NCBI GenBank assembly: GCA_965203965.1
Contig: CBDBDR010000004.1
Location: forward strand, 1 to 26,007
Source of the DNA: Thermodesulfobacteriota bacterium
GTDB taxonomy: Bacteria > Desulfobacterota_D > UBA1144 > Nemesobacterales > JAJCZQ01
Reading direction: 5' to 3'
Length of the DNA stretch: 26,007 bases
Shown: one piece after another, positions 9,326 through 20,975 of the stretch
How positions within the stretch are numbered: the first letter of the stretch is position 1
Layout of the letters: the number at the start of each line of letters is the position of its first letter
The notes under the pieces: generated by a model
What the model saw: the letters and a program-made list of their open reading frames with translations, nothing else
Databases searched by the model: none
What the model was told of the DNA's origin: nothing
Program-made: the position numbers and the translations under genes

Positions 9326-11040
9326 GGGGAAAATTCAGCTGAAGCTAGGTACTATTATTTTTGTCAGCTATGTGGTTTACAGCTGGGAAAGAGGCTATAT
9401 ACTGACCAGAAAGAACCCATAGAGCAAGCTAAGTTAGCTGACAAGACTCATATGTACTGATAGACTTCTTGACACCCTCAAAACAATCGTTGTTAATAGC
9501 TTCGAGTCCATAAGCCTGTTGGTCTAGCAATAACATGGAATTTCATCATCCCATGCTATGCTACTACCAAGCGTACTAGATTTTTTGTAACTTCAGCAAT
9601 GCATCAGAACAGTAAGTGTCCACATTCTACTTCAGAACTAGAACCACTGAATTTGAAAATAATATTCAATCATCACCGCTTTAAAAATCCATTACACATA
9701 GAAACTGATTTTCTGTTTCCTCCCTCTTTTGTGCAGTATAGCTTGGGAATCAACAAAAGGCTTACATTAGCAGGTATAATGATGACATAGCCAGCTAACA
9801 CAAAAACCCCTTTGTGTTCATGTAAAAACACAAGTCATGTGAAGGATTTGTACTATCTAAACTAGCTGGCACCCAAACAATCTAAGATATGTAGTAGACA
9901 ACCTCAAGTTATCAAGCAATGTCAGCAACCAGAGTGAGAATTCACATATTGATAGAAAAACAACATATCTCCTCGTCACTCTGTCACATGTTGAATTCTC
10001 TGAAACAAGTATACCCCATGTTCTAATTATAGTCTCAACAAGGTAATCATTACATCATGTTACTATTTTGTGTTACTTTCAAAATATAAAGTCAGTGAAC
10101 AAAAATTAATGTATCCCAGAGAACCACTGCACCTCTACATGGAGCAGCATGCTCTTTTTAGCATGCTCTTTTTCTTCTCTTTTCAGAATCACATTGAGTG
10201 ATAAGGATTGTAAAATAACGACTTAACTGACAGTCCAAACAATATTATTAATTTGTTTCACTATGTGATGCAAGTGACTACCATAGACCGGACATTTTCA
10301 CAGCACAAAATTTCACTTGGTAAGTTTTAGCACGATCTAAATTTGGCTCTGCTCATAAATTACCAGCTCTACAGCACATTATAATAAATGTAGTGACAGT
10401 AATATGCACAAGTAAGCTCAAGAGAAGAGCTCATAACTATACTAAATGAAAGCTAATACAGAATTGCACATAAACGAGATTTAGATCTAATACATTACGA
10501 GATTTAGATCCAAGCAACTAGACAATCTGATTGGCTAATACCACTAAGCTATAGCCTTTTCGTTTACAAATACTATAATTAAAACACTCCTCAGTGTGTT
10601 TAGTGGTAGGTTGGTGACCAAATTAATTATATGCCAAAGCATGAAACTTGGTACAGTGTAGAAACATCGATGCTAACTATAAGGTCATATCAGATATCAG
10701 ATTTGACTTCTGATCAACCTCTGTAGCAAACATTAACCACCTTAAAATCCTTCACCCTCTATTTCTTTCAGAAACTGCCTCAAATGATTATTTAGAACAC
10801 TTAGAGTTCATTTCTAACACTTTTGCAGCATTTCTAGCAGGATTTGCAAATTTTGACAAAAACTCATTAAATTAACGATTTCTTTCTGCAACATTTTGCA
10901 TAACTTCAACAAAGAATAGACCTATAAATTGACACTGCAACACCAAATACAGTAATACAGAACACATAGTTTTGATGTACAGTTCACTCATTTGATTATG
11001 AATCTTGCACACTTGAACAGCACAAAACAACGGTAATTTA

Positions 11041-12573
11041 TTATGCAAATGAAGCAAATAAGTCATTGTTTATTAGACAATATCCGGGCAACCATTGTAC
11101 ATAGACGGAAGAATTTGGATGAGTAGAAGTCAGTGGAAGATCCTTATTGTAGAAGTTCAGGTAAGCACCAAGAACAGGTACGAAAAAAGACACAAATACC
11201 CAGTTGAATCCGATGGGAATACTGGCACAGCACAATGGCACACGAAATGCAAAATTCTTTGATGTGAGGTACTGGACGAAGCTGGTCTGAACTGAGAGAG
11301 ACAAATTAGTCCACTTTTTCTTATAAATTTTGCTAATCAATTTCGTACGAGCATTAGCAATCGCAGCAGCACGTAAACACGGGTAGAGGAATAGATGACC
11401 ATGGACAAACGTGAAGAAAACTACGTAAACGCCGTATGGAACTACTGTGTCGGTTTCATTTAGTTCTTTACCTGGTAATAAATCATTTGCTGACTGGAAG
11501 TCATACATAAGAACATCAATGATAGTCTCAATAATAAATGCGCTGAGCAGCACTGTCGTCAGAGCATACAAGGTCCAGTGGAAGATGAACCATACACCTA
11601 ACATGTCAAGGATATACTTTACTTGATTGATGAAATTTTGATCGACTTCAAGCAGCCGGTTGTAATAATCTCTTTCGTCATCTAAATTTTCATTGTTGAC
11701 TTGTTCCATCTTTGTTTCAAGTTTGATGAGAAAGTTGCAGATCTTGTAAATAATTTTTGAAAATATGAAGCAACTTTGAATGGCGCAGAACTGAGAGCTC
11801 ATTTGTAAAAGAATCATTGCTAGGTATAAGGAATCAAACCAGCAATACCCGTAACCATAGCGACGATAGTATACGGTATCCGAGACTGCATAAGCAATTG
11901 AAGAGGAAAAACTGACAGTAAACAGCAAAAGTACAATTAAATAGTTTGTATAGAAATAAATTTTCTGTTCAGCTTTCATCTCTGATGATTCATCTTCATC
12001 TTTGTAAAGAGACAAAGAATCATGTCTAAGTGCTTCCTTGCATCTAACGCAGGCTATCTTGCTACAGCAACATTGATCAGGACAGCAACCACTAGAGCAG
12101 CATTCGTCACGGCAACAGGGACAGCGAATAACATCCATAGGTATCAAGACAAACACGGTCATTAGAACATAAGACATAAAGGCAGCGATTGAACTAACAA
12201 TAACAGCCGTGGTGAACTTCCAATGCTCATCTGGTAGCGTACACTCAATGGTGTCATTAACAATTTTGTTCACGGTGATGTTTGTAAAACAACTACAGTT
12301 AGCAATCCTCAAACCTTCTATTGCAAACACAGCACCAACATAGGAAAGGCATACAACGAATTGACAAAAGAACCAAACATATCCAAAGAATGAAAAACAC
12401 TTGGCTGTCTTTAAATTGATGTACTGACCAGCCAGGAAGCAGAAAAATTGATAAATATACCAAGAGGATTTGCTGACAAAATGACATAAACTAAAATTGC
12501 AGACAAAGTTTATTACACGTGTAATCCTAGATACTTGAATGCACTCCAGCAGATTGCTCACTTCTTCAATCAT
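11041..12573 (-). CDS. Paralog E, intact, 510 aa, with a 36-aa C-terminal extension
   Basis: First ATG 12573 (MIEEVSNLL); all motifs present; reads through the family stop position (VLGAYLNF then TAC instead of TAG at 11149-11151). Confidence 0.92.
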   Translation of the reverse strand: MIEEVSNLLECIQVSRITRVINFVCNFSLCHFVSKSSWYIYQFFCFLAGQYINLKTAKCFSFFGYVWFFCQFVVCLSYVGAVFAIEGLRIANCSCFTNITVNKIVNDTIECTLPDEHWKFTTAVIVSSIAAFMSYVLMTVFVLIPMDVIRCPCCRDECCSSGCCPDQCCCSKIACVRCKEALRHDSLSLYKDEDESSEMKAEQKIYFYTNYLIVLLLFTVSFSSSIAYAVSDTVYYRRYGYGYCWFDSLYLAMILLQMSSQFCAIQSCFIFSKIIYKICNFLIKLETKMEQVNNENLDDERDYYNRLLEVDQNFINQVKYILDMLGVWFIFHWTLYALTTVLLSAFIIETIIDVLMYDFQSANDLLPGKELNETDTVVPYGVYVVFFTFVHGHLFLYPCLRAAAIANARTKLISKIYKKKWTNLSLSVQTSFVQYLTSKNFAFRVPLCCASIPIGFNWVFVSFFVPVLGAYLNFYNKDLPLTSTHPNSSVYVQWLPGYCLINNDLFASFA

Positions 12574-12940
12574 ACTATTCTGCAACAAAGCAACAGTTCA
12601 ATAGCTAGACAAAGGACTTATACACTGAGATTGAACTTGAACACACAACTAGTATGTTTTGATTGGCTGTATACATTTATGCCTTCTATAGGCAAGGTGC
12701 TACTACATCAATCTACTACGAGACTATTATCAATCTACTTTCACTATACAACTAAGATGATATTTAGTACGATTGTGATAACAGAGACAATAGTGAAGAA
12801 TGTACATATGAGTACAAATATACGTGCACAGCTTTTCACACCTACTCATGTGATCATGACGTGACAAATGAGAAACTTTCATACGGGAAGAGAGCCAGCA
12901 AGAAATCCATCTTGAAGCCTACTGCCTACCCACCACTAAG

Positions 12941-13089
12941 GTATGTACAGGAGCATAACAGAAATAAGAATACTGTTTTTTGTAAAGGTGACTTTGCATC
13001 CCATAAAACAATCCCAAGGTGCTTGGAACTATATTATTGTTACTAAACAACACGACTGATGATTATTACGATGTTTTTTTGTTCTACAG
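12941..13089 (+). other. Candidate 5'-UTR spliceosomal intron of paralog F
   Basis: aag|GTATGT donor, tactaaac branch-like site at 13041, tttttttgttctacAG acceptor about 100 bp before ATG 13189; all conserved in the duplicate copy. Confidence 0.6.
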
Positions 13090-13188
13090 CCAGTGCAGTG
13101 CATACCACTTCAACAGTAGTTGGCAATCATATACCAGTTGGTTGACTACTAAACGGTGCTACTCATTTAGTTGTTAGCTGTAAACAAC

Positions 13189-14989
13189 ATGGCAGAACCA
13201 GGCTAGAGATGTAGGCGTTGAAGAAGATGAACCGCTACTAAGATCTACTCACAACGACAGCACTGAATCGGAAATATCAACTACTCGACAAAGAGATCAG
13301 CAGAATAGTAGTGTTGATGGTACAGGCGGTAGTGTATGGTATAAATGTCCCCTTAAGGTTCATTTTCCCAGATCCGGTCACAAATACTTGTGGAGATTTT
13401 TCTACACGCTATGCTTCATTACTGGTCAGTACATCAATTTTGAAATACTCAAGATACTATGTTCCCCAAAGTTTTCCAGGAAAACTGTGGAAAAGTTTGT
13501 CTCCGTTGCTGCGATGATTCCGTTTGTCATTCAAGTTATCGTCTGTGTCGGTTACGTTGCAACAGCTCTCTTTGTAGACGGTTTAACAGTAGCAAATGCT
13601 AGTCTGCCTAAAAACGATTGCTTTTCACCATCACAGGAACGACTGCATTCTAACCAGAAGAGCATTGGAAGTTCACCACAGCTGTTAGCACTAGTTCAGT
13701 TGCTGCCATTTTCTCATATGGGCTAATGACAGTCTTCATTTTATTCTTAGCCAATTTTATTCAATGTTGTTGTGCATCGCGTGAACATAGGTCAGAAGAA
13801 GAGGCCTCAACTGGACGTCATCAAACAGCTAGCTCAAAACGCGTCAAATGCTTTTAGTGAATGCACTGAAATGCGTCAAATGCGTCAAATGCTGCACTGA
13901 AGATGGAGAACAAGGAGCCAGGGATCGAAACTCCAATAGACAAAATTCTAGAGAACACATCTCTAGTGAAGCAGAACATAGCTCCAACAAAAGTAGCTGT
14001 TCTGAATATATACAAAAACTTTGGGGCAGTGATTTGTCCCCATACAATGATAATTCCAATAAATAAAATGTCAGGTAAAGAAACTGCCTACTTCTTTATC
14101 AACTATTTCAGTTGTGCTTGTCTTGTTTATCTGCAGCAGTGTTACATCTCTATACTACGTCAGTACTGTCCACAGCTATTGTTGGGATGACTGGAGTGTA
14201 TTTACTAATGATCGTTCTTCAACTGGTCTCGCATTTTTCTGCCATTCAAAGCTGTTTCATTTTTTCAAAAATCGTCTACAAGATCACTAAACAACTTAAA
14301 AACATTGCTGAGGAAATTTGCAAGGAAGACAAAACCATGACCAAACTACAGCCTGATCACCATGGACACAATCTTACTCTTCCTCAGAGTGACACCAGAC
14401 CTAACTCCTCTCAAACTAGCGATGCTCTATCATGTGCTGCTTACTGCCTGGTTTACAAAGAAAAAGTAGATAGAGAAAATTTCCATCAACTACAAAAGAT
14501 CGATAAAGAATTCATCGATCAAGTAAAATCAACACTTCACTTGTTCGGTGTGTGGTTCATCTTCCACTGGACCTTGTATGCTCTGACGACAGTGCTACTC
14601 AGCGCATTTATCATTGAGATAGTCATAAAGATTATCCAGAATGACTTGAACTCAGCAAACAGCTACCTGCCAGATGGCGAAGATTATACTAGAGCACCAT
14701 ACGTCTTGTATGGTTCTTTCCTTCACACTGGTCCATGGGTATCTATTCCTCTACCCGTGCTTCCGTGCTGCTGCGATTGCTACCGCTCGTGCTAAAATGA
14801 TAAATAAGATTTTCCGAAAAACAATGGGCCAACATTCCTCTCTCGATTCAGACCAGCTTCGTCCAGTATCTCACATCAAAGAACTTTGCATTTCAAGTGC
14901 CATTGTTCTGTGCCAGTATTCCCATCGGATTCAACTGGGTATTTGTGTCTTTCTTTGTGCCTGTTCTCGGAGTTTACCTGGCCTTGTAG
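13189..14989 (+). pseudogene. Paralog F, full length but with at least 8 single-base insertions (pseudogene or consensus error)
   Basis: ORFs 13388, 13848, 13903, 14112 and 14674 are successive pieces. Relative to paralog G there are extra bases at about 13201 (GG), 13610 (A5), 13652 (AA), 14061 (AAA), 14106 (TTT), 14183 (GGG), 14720 and 14810 (T4), plus an ambiguous shift at 13835-13890. Ends VLGVYLAL*. Confidence 0.85.
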
Positions 14990-15431
14990 ATAGTGACTTT
15001 ACTTGCATGAGTGTGTGTTCAGATCAGTAAATGTACAGTATATATTGTACATGCACGGTATTGTTTTGAAGCTTGGTAGGTCAAGTGTACCTGTAATTGT
15101 AGTGTAGCAGAACAATATATTTATGGTTGTGATTTTTTATAAATTATTACCAAAGGTCAGAGAACACAAAGAGACATGTACATACTCACACTGGTCCATA
15201 GAGAGTTTTACTGCTCAATGTAAATTGACACTGACCAGCTGCTCAGATCAAGATTTGCTTACTAGTACGTACGAATATTTGACGGAAAGATACCAATGAT
15301 CGATGCACTATAAAGTACCGGCCTGTTTGCAGCTGTTCGAACTACAATGATCAGTCTCTCTCGCCTAGTAGCTAAGAGTATGTAGGTGTGGTTAGACAAG
15401 CAATGGGTATACACAAAATATTTTATAAGTA

Positions 15432-16187
15432 ATTTTATACTACTGTTCAATGTAATTATAGAATCTGATTGGTCAGTTGGAGGATAATAAATCACGTATT
15501 CTTCCGCGGGAACTTGTATTTTTCCACTGGAACTCATATTTTTCCGCTGGAACTCATTCATGATCATGTTTTCCTCTGGCATGAGTTTCTTTTGTACAGG
15601 TACTAGCTTTGGTAGTTACTGGGTCAGTATGTGTTGTGTTCCGGCTTCTGGCATAAGTAGCACAGCGCCTATAGACTCGGGTACTTGGCTACAATCGATG
15701 CAACGATTGACTTGTTGTGCATGAAAAACATAGAAAGCAAGTACCTCACCGCATTTTGCTATGTTGACAGCTTAAAGATTGCCTAATAAACGCACACAGC
15801 ACGTACAAAAGACTGCTGGACTCTAGTAACTATCATTCTAACTGTTCGTTGGAGTCCAAGTTCAGCCATTGCCACGTGTAACGCGTTTGTGGGTGTGGCA
15901 GCCAGGTCACAGCACGTGTTTTCGAGGAAGAAGAAACGCTCATGCTGCAGGAACTCAGCGGCTTTGGGACGGTCATCAACCATTGTTTTTCAAAAAATGT
16001 CTGTGTCGGTTTATTGTTGCCATGTAGCTGTAGTATAAATACCTTAGACGACGAATCATCGGCAACTACGGGATTTAGAGCGCCTTGGCAACCGAAATAG
16101 ACGCCCTCGCGCTACGTGCTCAGAACGTCTATACATCAGTTCCCGCAGCACTCTAAATCCCGTAGTTGCCTCGATCCGTTGTCTAAC
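15432..16187. mobile_element. Non-autonomous element with an asymmetric inverted repeat and a ~140-bp terminal hairpin (family unassigned)
   Basis: tttatactac (15434-15443) is inverted to gtagtataaa (16030-16039); the hairpin at 16044-16186 has a perfect 20-bp stem (16061-16080 / 16151-16170). The element starts where duplication homology ends. Confidence 0.65.
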
Positions 16188-16189
16188 CT

Positions 16190-16307
16190 GATATGCATCT
16201 TTCTTTCTTGGAGTTTATCTGACCTTGTAGATAATGACTTTACTTGCATGAGTGTGTGTGTGTGTGTGTTCAGATCAGGAAATGTACAGTACATAGTGTA
16301 CATGCAT
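16190..16307 (+). pseudogene. Remnant of a third F/G-type copy: last codons, stop and start of the 3' flank
   Basis: ttcttggagtttatctgaccttgTAGataatgactttacttgcatgagtgtg...ttcagatcag.aaatgtacagta matches 14964-15056 and 20088-20180. Confidence 0.85.
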
Positions 16308-16395
16308 GCTAATAAAAGCTTGCTATCATAAGACTGTTTGCTTTTTTCCCCAAACTATTTCTTTACCCTACGTAGATACAGTCATATTATCTACA

Positions 16396-17422
16396 CATTA
16401 GATACATTCAGCATTCTCAGTATGTCCGCTACTAGTCATTAGACACATTCAGCATGCTCAGTATGTCCGCTACTAGTCATTAGACACATTCATAATGCTC
16501 AGTATGTCCGCTACTAGTCATTAGATACATTCAGCATGCTCAGTATGTCCGCTACTAGTCATTAGACACATTCAGAATGCTCAGTATGTCCGCTACTAGT
16601 CATTAGATACATTCAGCATGCTCAGTATGTCCGCTACTAGTCATTAGACACATTCAGCATGCTCAGTATGTCCGCTACTAGTCATTAGACACATTCATAA
16701 TGCTCAGTATGTCCGCTACTAGTCATTAGATACATTCAGCATGCTCAGTATGTCCGCTACTAGTCATTAGATACATTCAGAATGCTCAGTATGTCCGCTA
16801 CTAGTCATTAGATACATTCAGCATGCTCAGTATGTCCGCTACTAGTCATTAGATACATTCAGAATGCTCAGTATGTCCGCTACTAGTCATTAGATACATT
16901 CAGCATGCTCAGTATGTCCGCTACTAGTCATTAGATACATTCAGAATGCTCAGTATGTCCGCTACTAGTCATTAGATACATTCAGCATGCTCAGTATGTC
17001 CGCTACTAGTCATTAGACACATTCAGCATGCTCAGTATGTCCGCTACTAGTCATTAGATACATTCAGCATGCTCAGTATGTCCGCTACTAGTCATTAGAT
17101 ACATTCAGCATGCTCAGTATGTCCGCTACTAGTCATTAGATACATTCAGCATGCTCAGTATGTCCGCTACTAGTCATTAGACACATTCAGAATGCTCAGT
17201 ATGTCCGCTACTAGTCATTAGATACATTCAGCATGCTCAGTATGTCCGCTACTAGTCATTAGATACATTCAGCATGCTCAGTATTGTCCGCTACTAGTCA
17301 TTAGATTACATTTCAGCATGCTCAGTATGTCCGCTACTAGTCATTAGATACATTCAGCATGCTCAGTATGTCCGCTACTAGTCATTAGATACATTCAGCA
17401 TGCTCAGTATGTCCCGCTACTA
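16396..17422. repeat. 41-bp minisatellite, about 25 near-identical copies
   Basis: Unit cattaga[t/c]acattcag[c/a]atgctcagtatgtccgctactagt, head-to-tail with no spacers. Confidence 0.97.
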
Positions 17423-17523
17423 TGAATACAATAACAGTAAAGCACATGTTGACTAGACGAATGAGAAACTTTCATATAAGAAGAGAGCCAGCAAGAAATC
17501 CACATTGAAGCCTACTGCCTAAG

Positions 17524-17657
17524 GTATGTACAAGAGCATAACAGAAATAAGAATACTGTTTTGTAAAGGTGACTTTACATACCATAAAATATCAAAGATG
17601 CTTGAAACTACATTGTTACTAACAACACGAATGATATACGATTTTTTTGTTCTACAG
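17524..17657 (+). other. Candidate 5'-UTR spliceosomal intron of paralog G
   Basis: aag|GTATGT donor, consensus TACTAAC branch site at 17617-17623, tttttttgttctacAG acceptor 100 bp before ATG 17758. Confidence 0.65.
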
Positions 17658-17757
17658 CAAGTGCAGTGAATACCTCTTTTCATCAGCAATCATAAATTAT
17701 ACCAGTTGCTTTGACTATCAAACGGTGTTGCAGATTTAGTTGTTAGCTGTAAACAAC

Positions 17758-20113
17758 ATGGCAGAACCAGCTGGTGATGGAGCCATTGAAGAAACTGAAG
17801 ATCAAATACCAGAAAAAAAACCGTTACTAAGTAAAAACGGCAGCACTGAATCAGAGGATGCAAATCGAAAAACAGAATCTCGTCGACAAAAAGGTCAGCA
17901 GAAGATTCATGTTGATGGTACAGGCAGTAGTGTACGGTATAAATGCTTGTGGGGATTGTTCTACACGCTATGCTTCATCTCTGGTCAGTACATCAATTTT
18001 GAAATACTCAAGATACCATGTTCACTAACATCGTCCCCAAAGTCTTCCAGGAAAAACTCACAGTCGTCTACGAAAAAGTTTTTCTCAGTTATTGCAGTGA
18101 TTCCGTTTGTTATTAAAGTTATTGTGTGTGTCGGTTACGTTGCAACAGCTCTGTTTGTAGACGGTTTAACAGTAGCGAATGCTAGTCTGCCTAAAACGAT
18201 TGCTTTTCACAGTAACAGGAATGACTGTAATCTACCAGAAGAACATTGGAAGTTCACCACAGCTGTTAGCATTAGTTCAGTTGCTGCCATTTTCTCATAT
18301 GGTCTAATGACAGTCTTCATTTTAATCTTTGCCAATATTATTCAGTGTGCATCACATAAATATAGATCAAAAGAGGAGGGCTCAACCGGATGTCATCAAA
18401 CAACTCGCTCAGATGCTCTAAGTGAATACAGCTCCACTGAAGAAGACTCAAGGAAAGAAGGCTTAAGAGAACATGGAACCAGGGACCGAGACAGAGAACA
18501 AGGAAGCAAGGACCGAGACAGAGAACCGACCAGGGACCGAGACAGAGAACCAGGGACCGAGACAGAGAACCAGGGACCGAGACAGAGAACCAGGGACCGA
18601 GAACCAGGGACCGAGACAGGGAACAAGGAACCAGGGACCGAGACAGAGAACAAGGAACCAGGGACCGAGACAGAGAACAAGGAACCAGGGACCGTGACAG
18701 AGAAAAAGGAACCAGGGACCGCGACAGAGAACAAGAAACCACGGGCAAAGACAGAGAAAAAGGAACCAGGGACCGAGACAGAGACAGAGAAAAAGGAACC
18801 AGGGACCGAGACAGAGAACAAGGAACCAGAGACCGAGACAGAGAATAAGGAACCAGGGACCGAGACAGAGAAAAAGGAACCAGGGACCGAGACAGAGAGC
18901 AAGGAACCAGAGACCGAGACAGAGACAAGGAACCAGGGACCGAGACAGAGAAAAAGGAACCAGGGACCGAGACAGAGAAAAAGGAACCAGGGACCGAGAC
19001 AGAGAAAAAGGAACCAGGGACCGGGACAGAGACAGAGAAAAAGGAACAAGGAGCCAGGAACCGAGACAGAGAACAAGGAAAAAGAGACCAAGACTCCAAG
19101 ACACAAAATTCTAGAAAACAAAGCAACAAAGGTAGTTGTTCTGAATATATACAAAAACTCTGGGACAGTGATTTGTCCCCATACAATGATACTTCCAATA
19201 ATGATATGTCAGCTAAAGAAACTGCCTACTTCTTTATCAACTATTCAGTTTTGCTTGTCTTGTTTCTTTGCAGCTGTGTTACTATGTCAGTACTGTTCAC
19301 AACGACATAGATTGTTGGATCACCACAGTGTATGTAACAATGATCGTTCTTCAACTGGTCTCGCATTTTTCTGCCATTCAAAGTTGTTTCATATTTTCCA
19401 AAATTGTTTACAGGATCACTAAAAAACTTGACAAAACTGCCGATGAAATTTGCAAGAAAGCAGAAAAAATGACTACAGCACAGTCTAATGACTGCGAACA
19501 TACACTTTCCCAGACTTCTTCTCATGCAAATGCAATCGTTCAGGCTCTGTCATGTGCTGTTTCTTGCCTAGTCCATAAAGAGAAAGTAGATAGAGAAAAT
19601 TTCCATCAACTACAAAAGATCGATAAAGAATTCATTGATCAAGTAAAATCAACACTTCACTTGTTTGGTGTGTGGTTCATCTTCCACTGGACCTTGTATG
19701 CTCTGACGACAGTGCTGCTCAGTGCATTTATCATTGAGATTATCATCACTATTATCCAGAATGACTTGAACTCAGCACACAGCTACCTGCCAGATGGTGA
19801 AGCTGACACTAGAGCACCATACATCTTGTACGTGGTTTTCTTCACACTGGTCCATGGCTATCTATTCCTCTACCCGTGCTTCCGTGCTGCTGCGATTGCT
19901 AACGCTCGTGCTAATATGATAAATAAGATTTCCGAAAACAAAAAACAATGGGCCAACATTCCTGTCTCGATTCAGACCAGCTTCGTCCAGTATCTCACAT
20001 CAAAGAACTTTGCATTTCAAGTGCCCATATTCTGTGCTAGCATTCCCATCGGATTCGACTGGGTATTTGTGTCTTTCTTTGTGCCTGTCCTTGGAGTTTA
20101 CCTGGCTTTGTAG
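17758..20113 (+). pseudogene. Paralog G, disrupted by a frame-breaking repeat expansion and a 10-bp deletion
   Basis: The N-terminal part is in ORF 17740 (ATG 17758); the conserved SEYIQKLWDSDLSPYND...AYFFINY segment is in a second frame (from 19140); the C-terminal part is in ORF 19268..20113. gtgttac|tatgtc at about 19282 lacks the atctctatac present in F (14146-14155). Confidence 0.85.
18466..19093 (+). repeat. Purine-rich ~27-bp VNTR (about 23 units, with 20- and 26-bp variants) in the TM2-TM3 loop of paralog G
   Basis: Unit gaaccagggaccgagacagagaacaag; reads EQGTRDRDR, NKEPGTETE or RNQGPRQR depending on frame. F has a single unit (EQGARDR). Confidence 0.95.
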
Positions 20114-20975
20114 ATAGTGACTTAACTTGCGTGTGTGTGTGTTCAGATCAGTAAATGTACAGTATATATTGTACATGCAAGGTATTGTTTTGAAGCTTGG
20201 TAGGTCAAGTGTACCTGTATTTGTAGTATAGCAGAACAATATTTTTATGGTTGTGATTTTTTATAAATAATATTATCAAAGGTCAGAGAACCCAATAGAG
20301 CCATGTACATATTCACACTGGTCCATAGAGAAGTTGTACTGCTCAATAAATCGACACTAACCAACTGCCCAGATCCAGATTTGCTTACTAGTATGTACGA
20401 ATACTTGACGGAAAGATACCAATGATCGATGCACTATAAGTTCCGGCCTGTTTGCAGCTGTTCGAACTACAATGATCGGTCTCTCTCGCCCAGTAGCTAA
20501 GAGTATGTGGGTGTGGTTAGACTAGCCATGGGTATACATGTCCACTTGCAGGTTCCAAGCTTATCAATGTAGAGCCTTGACTGTACACGTAAACATACCT
20601 GGCACTGAGAACATACCACAAGAGCATATTGCATGAAGAAATTGCGATACAAAGCTACGTATTACATAACTTTGGGGAGAACTGCTTGATTAATCGTTGC
20701 CTTATGGGCGACAATAAGCTCATGATAAGTTTATAAATTTGATGGGTGACTTTAAGCTCGTGAAGCAAGCGCTTGGGTGACACGCATTGGCGGCGCTCAC
20801 GCTATATAAAAGTTATTGACCATTCAATAGTACGCTCGTGAAAAAATACAGAGATTAGAGTCCAGGCAGTGCCTTTGTCAGACAGAAAGTAACAATGAAA
20901 GTATAACTATAATACAAATCAATAGTTATTATACAAGTTAGCACATTTCACATTTTATGTGACCATTTGAAAAAA

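Larger units (their letters stand above)
12863..15413 (+). repeat. Segmental duplication copy 1 (paralog F with flanks)
   Basis: The 5' flank (aatgagaaactttcata...gagagccagcaagaaatcca) and about 420 bp of 3' flank (to atgggtataca) align closely with 17456..20538. Confidence 0.92.
17456..20538 (+). repeat. Segmental duplication copy 2 (paralog G with flanks)
   Basis: Direct repeat of 12863..15413, longer mainly because of the internal 27-bp array. Confidence 0.92.

Noticed and set aside
10474..10870. Short duplicated acgagatttagatc and transposon-like motifs (atgaaacttggtaca)
   Set aside because: No termini or ORF could be defined.
16396..17422. CRISPR-like array
   Set aside because: Contiguous 41-bp units without unique spacers, no cas genes, eukaryotic context.
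18338..19198. Three long minus-strand ORFs (213-286 aa)
   Set aside because: Low-complexity antisense readings of the A-poor strand of the 27-bp VNTR.
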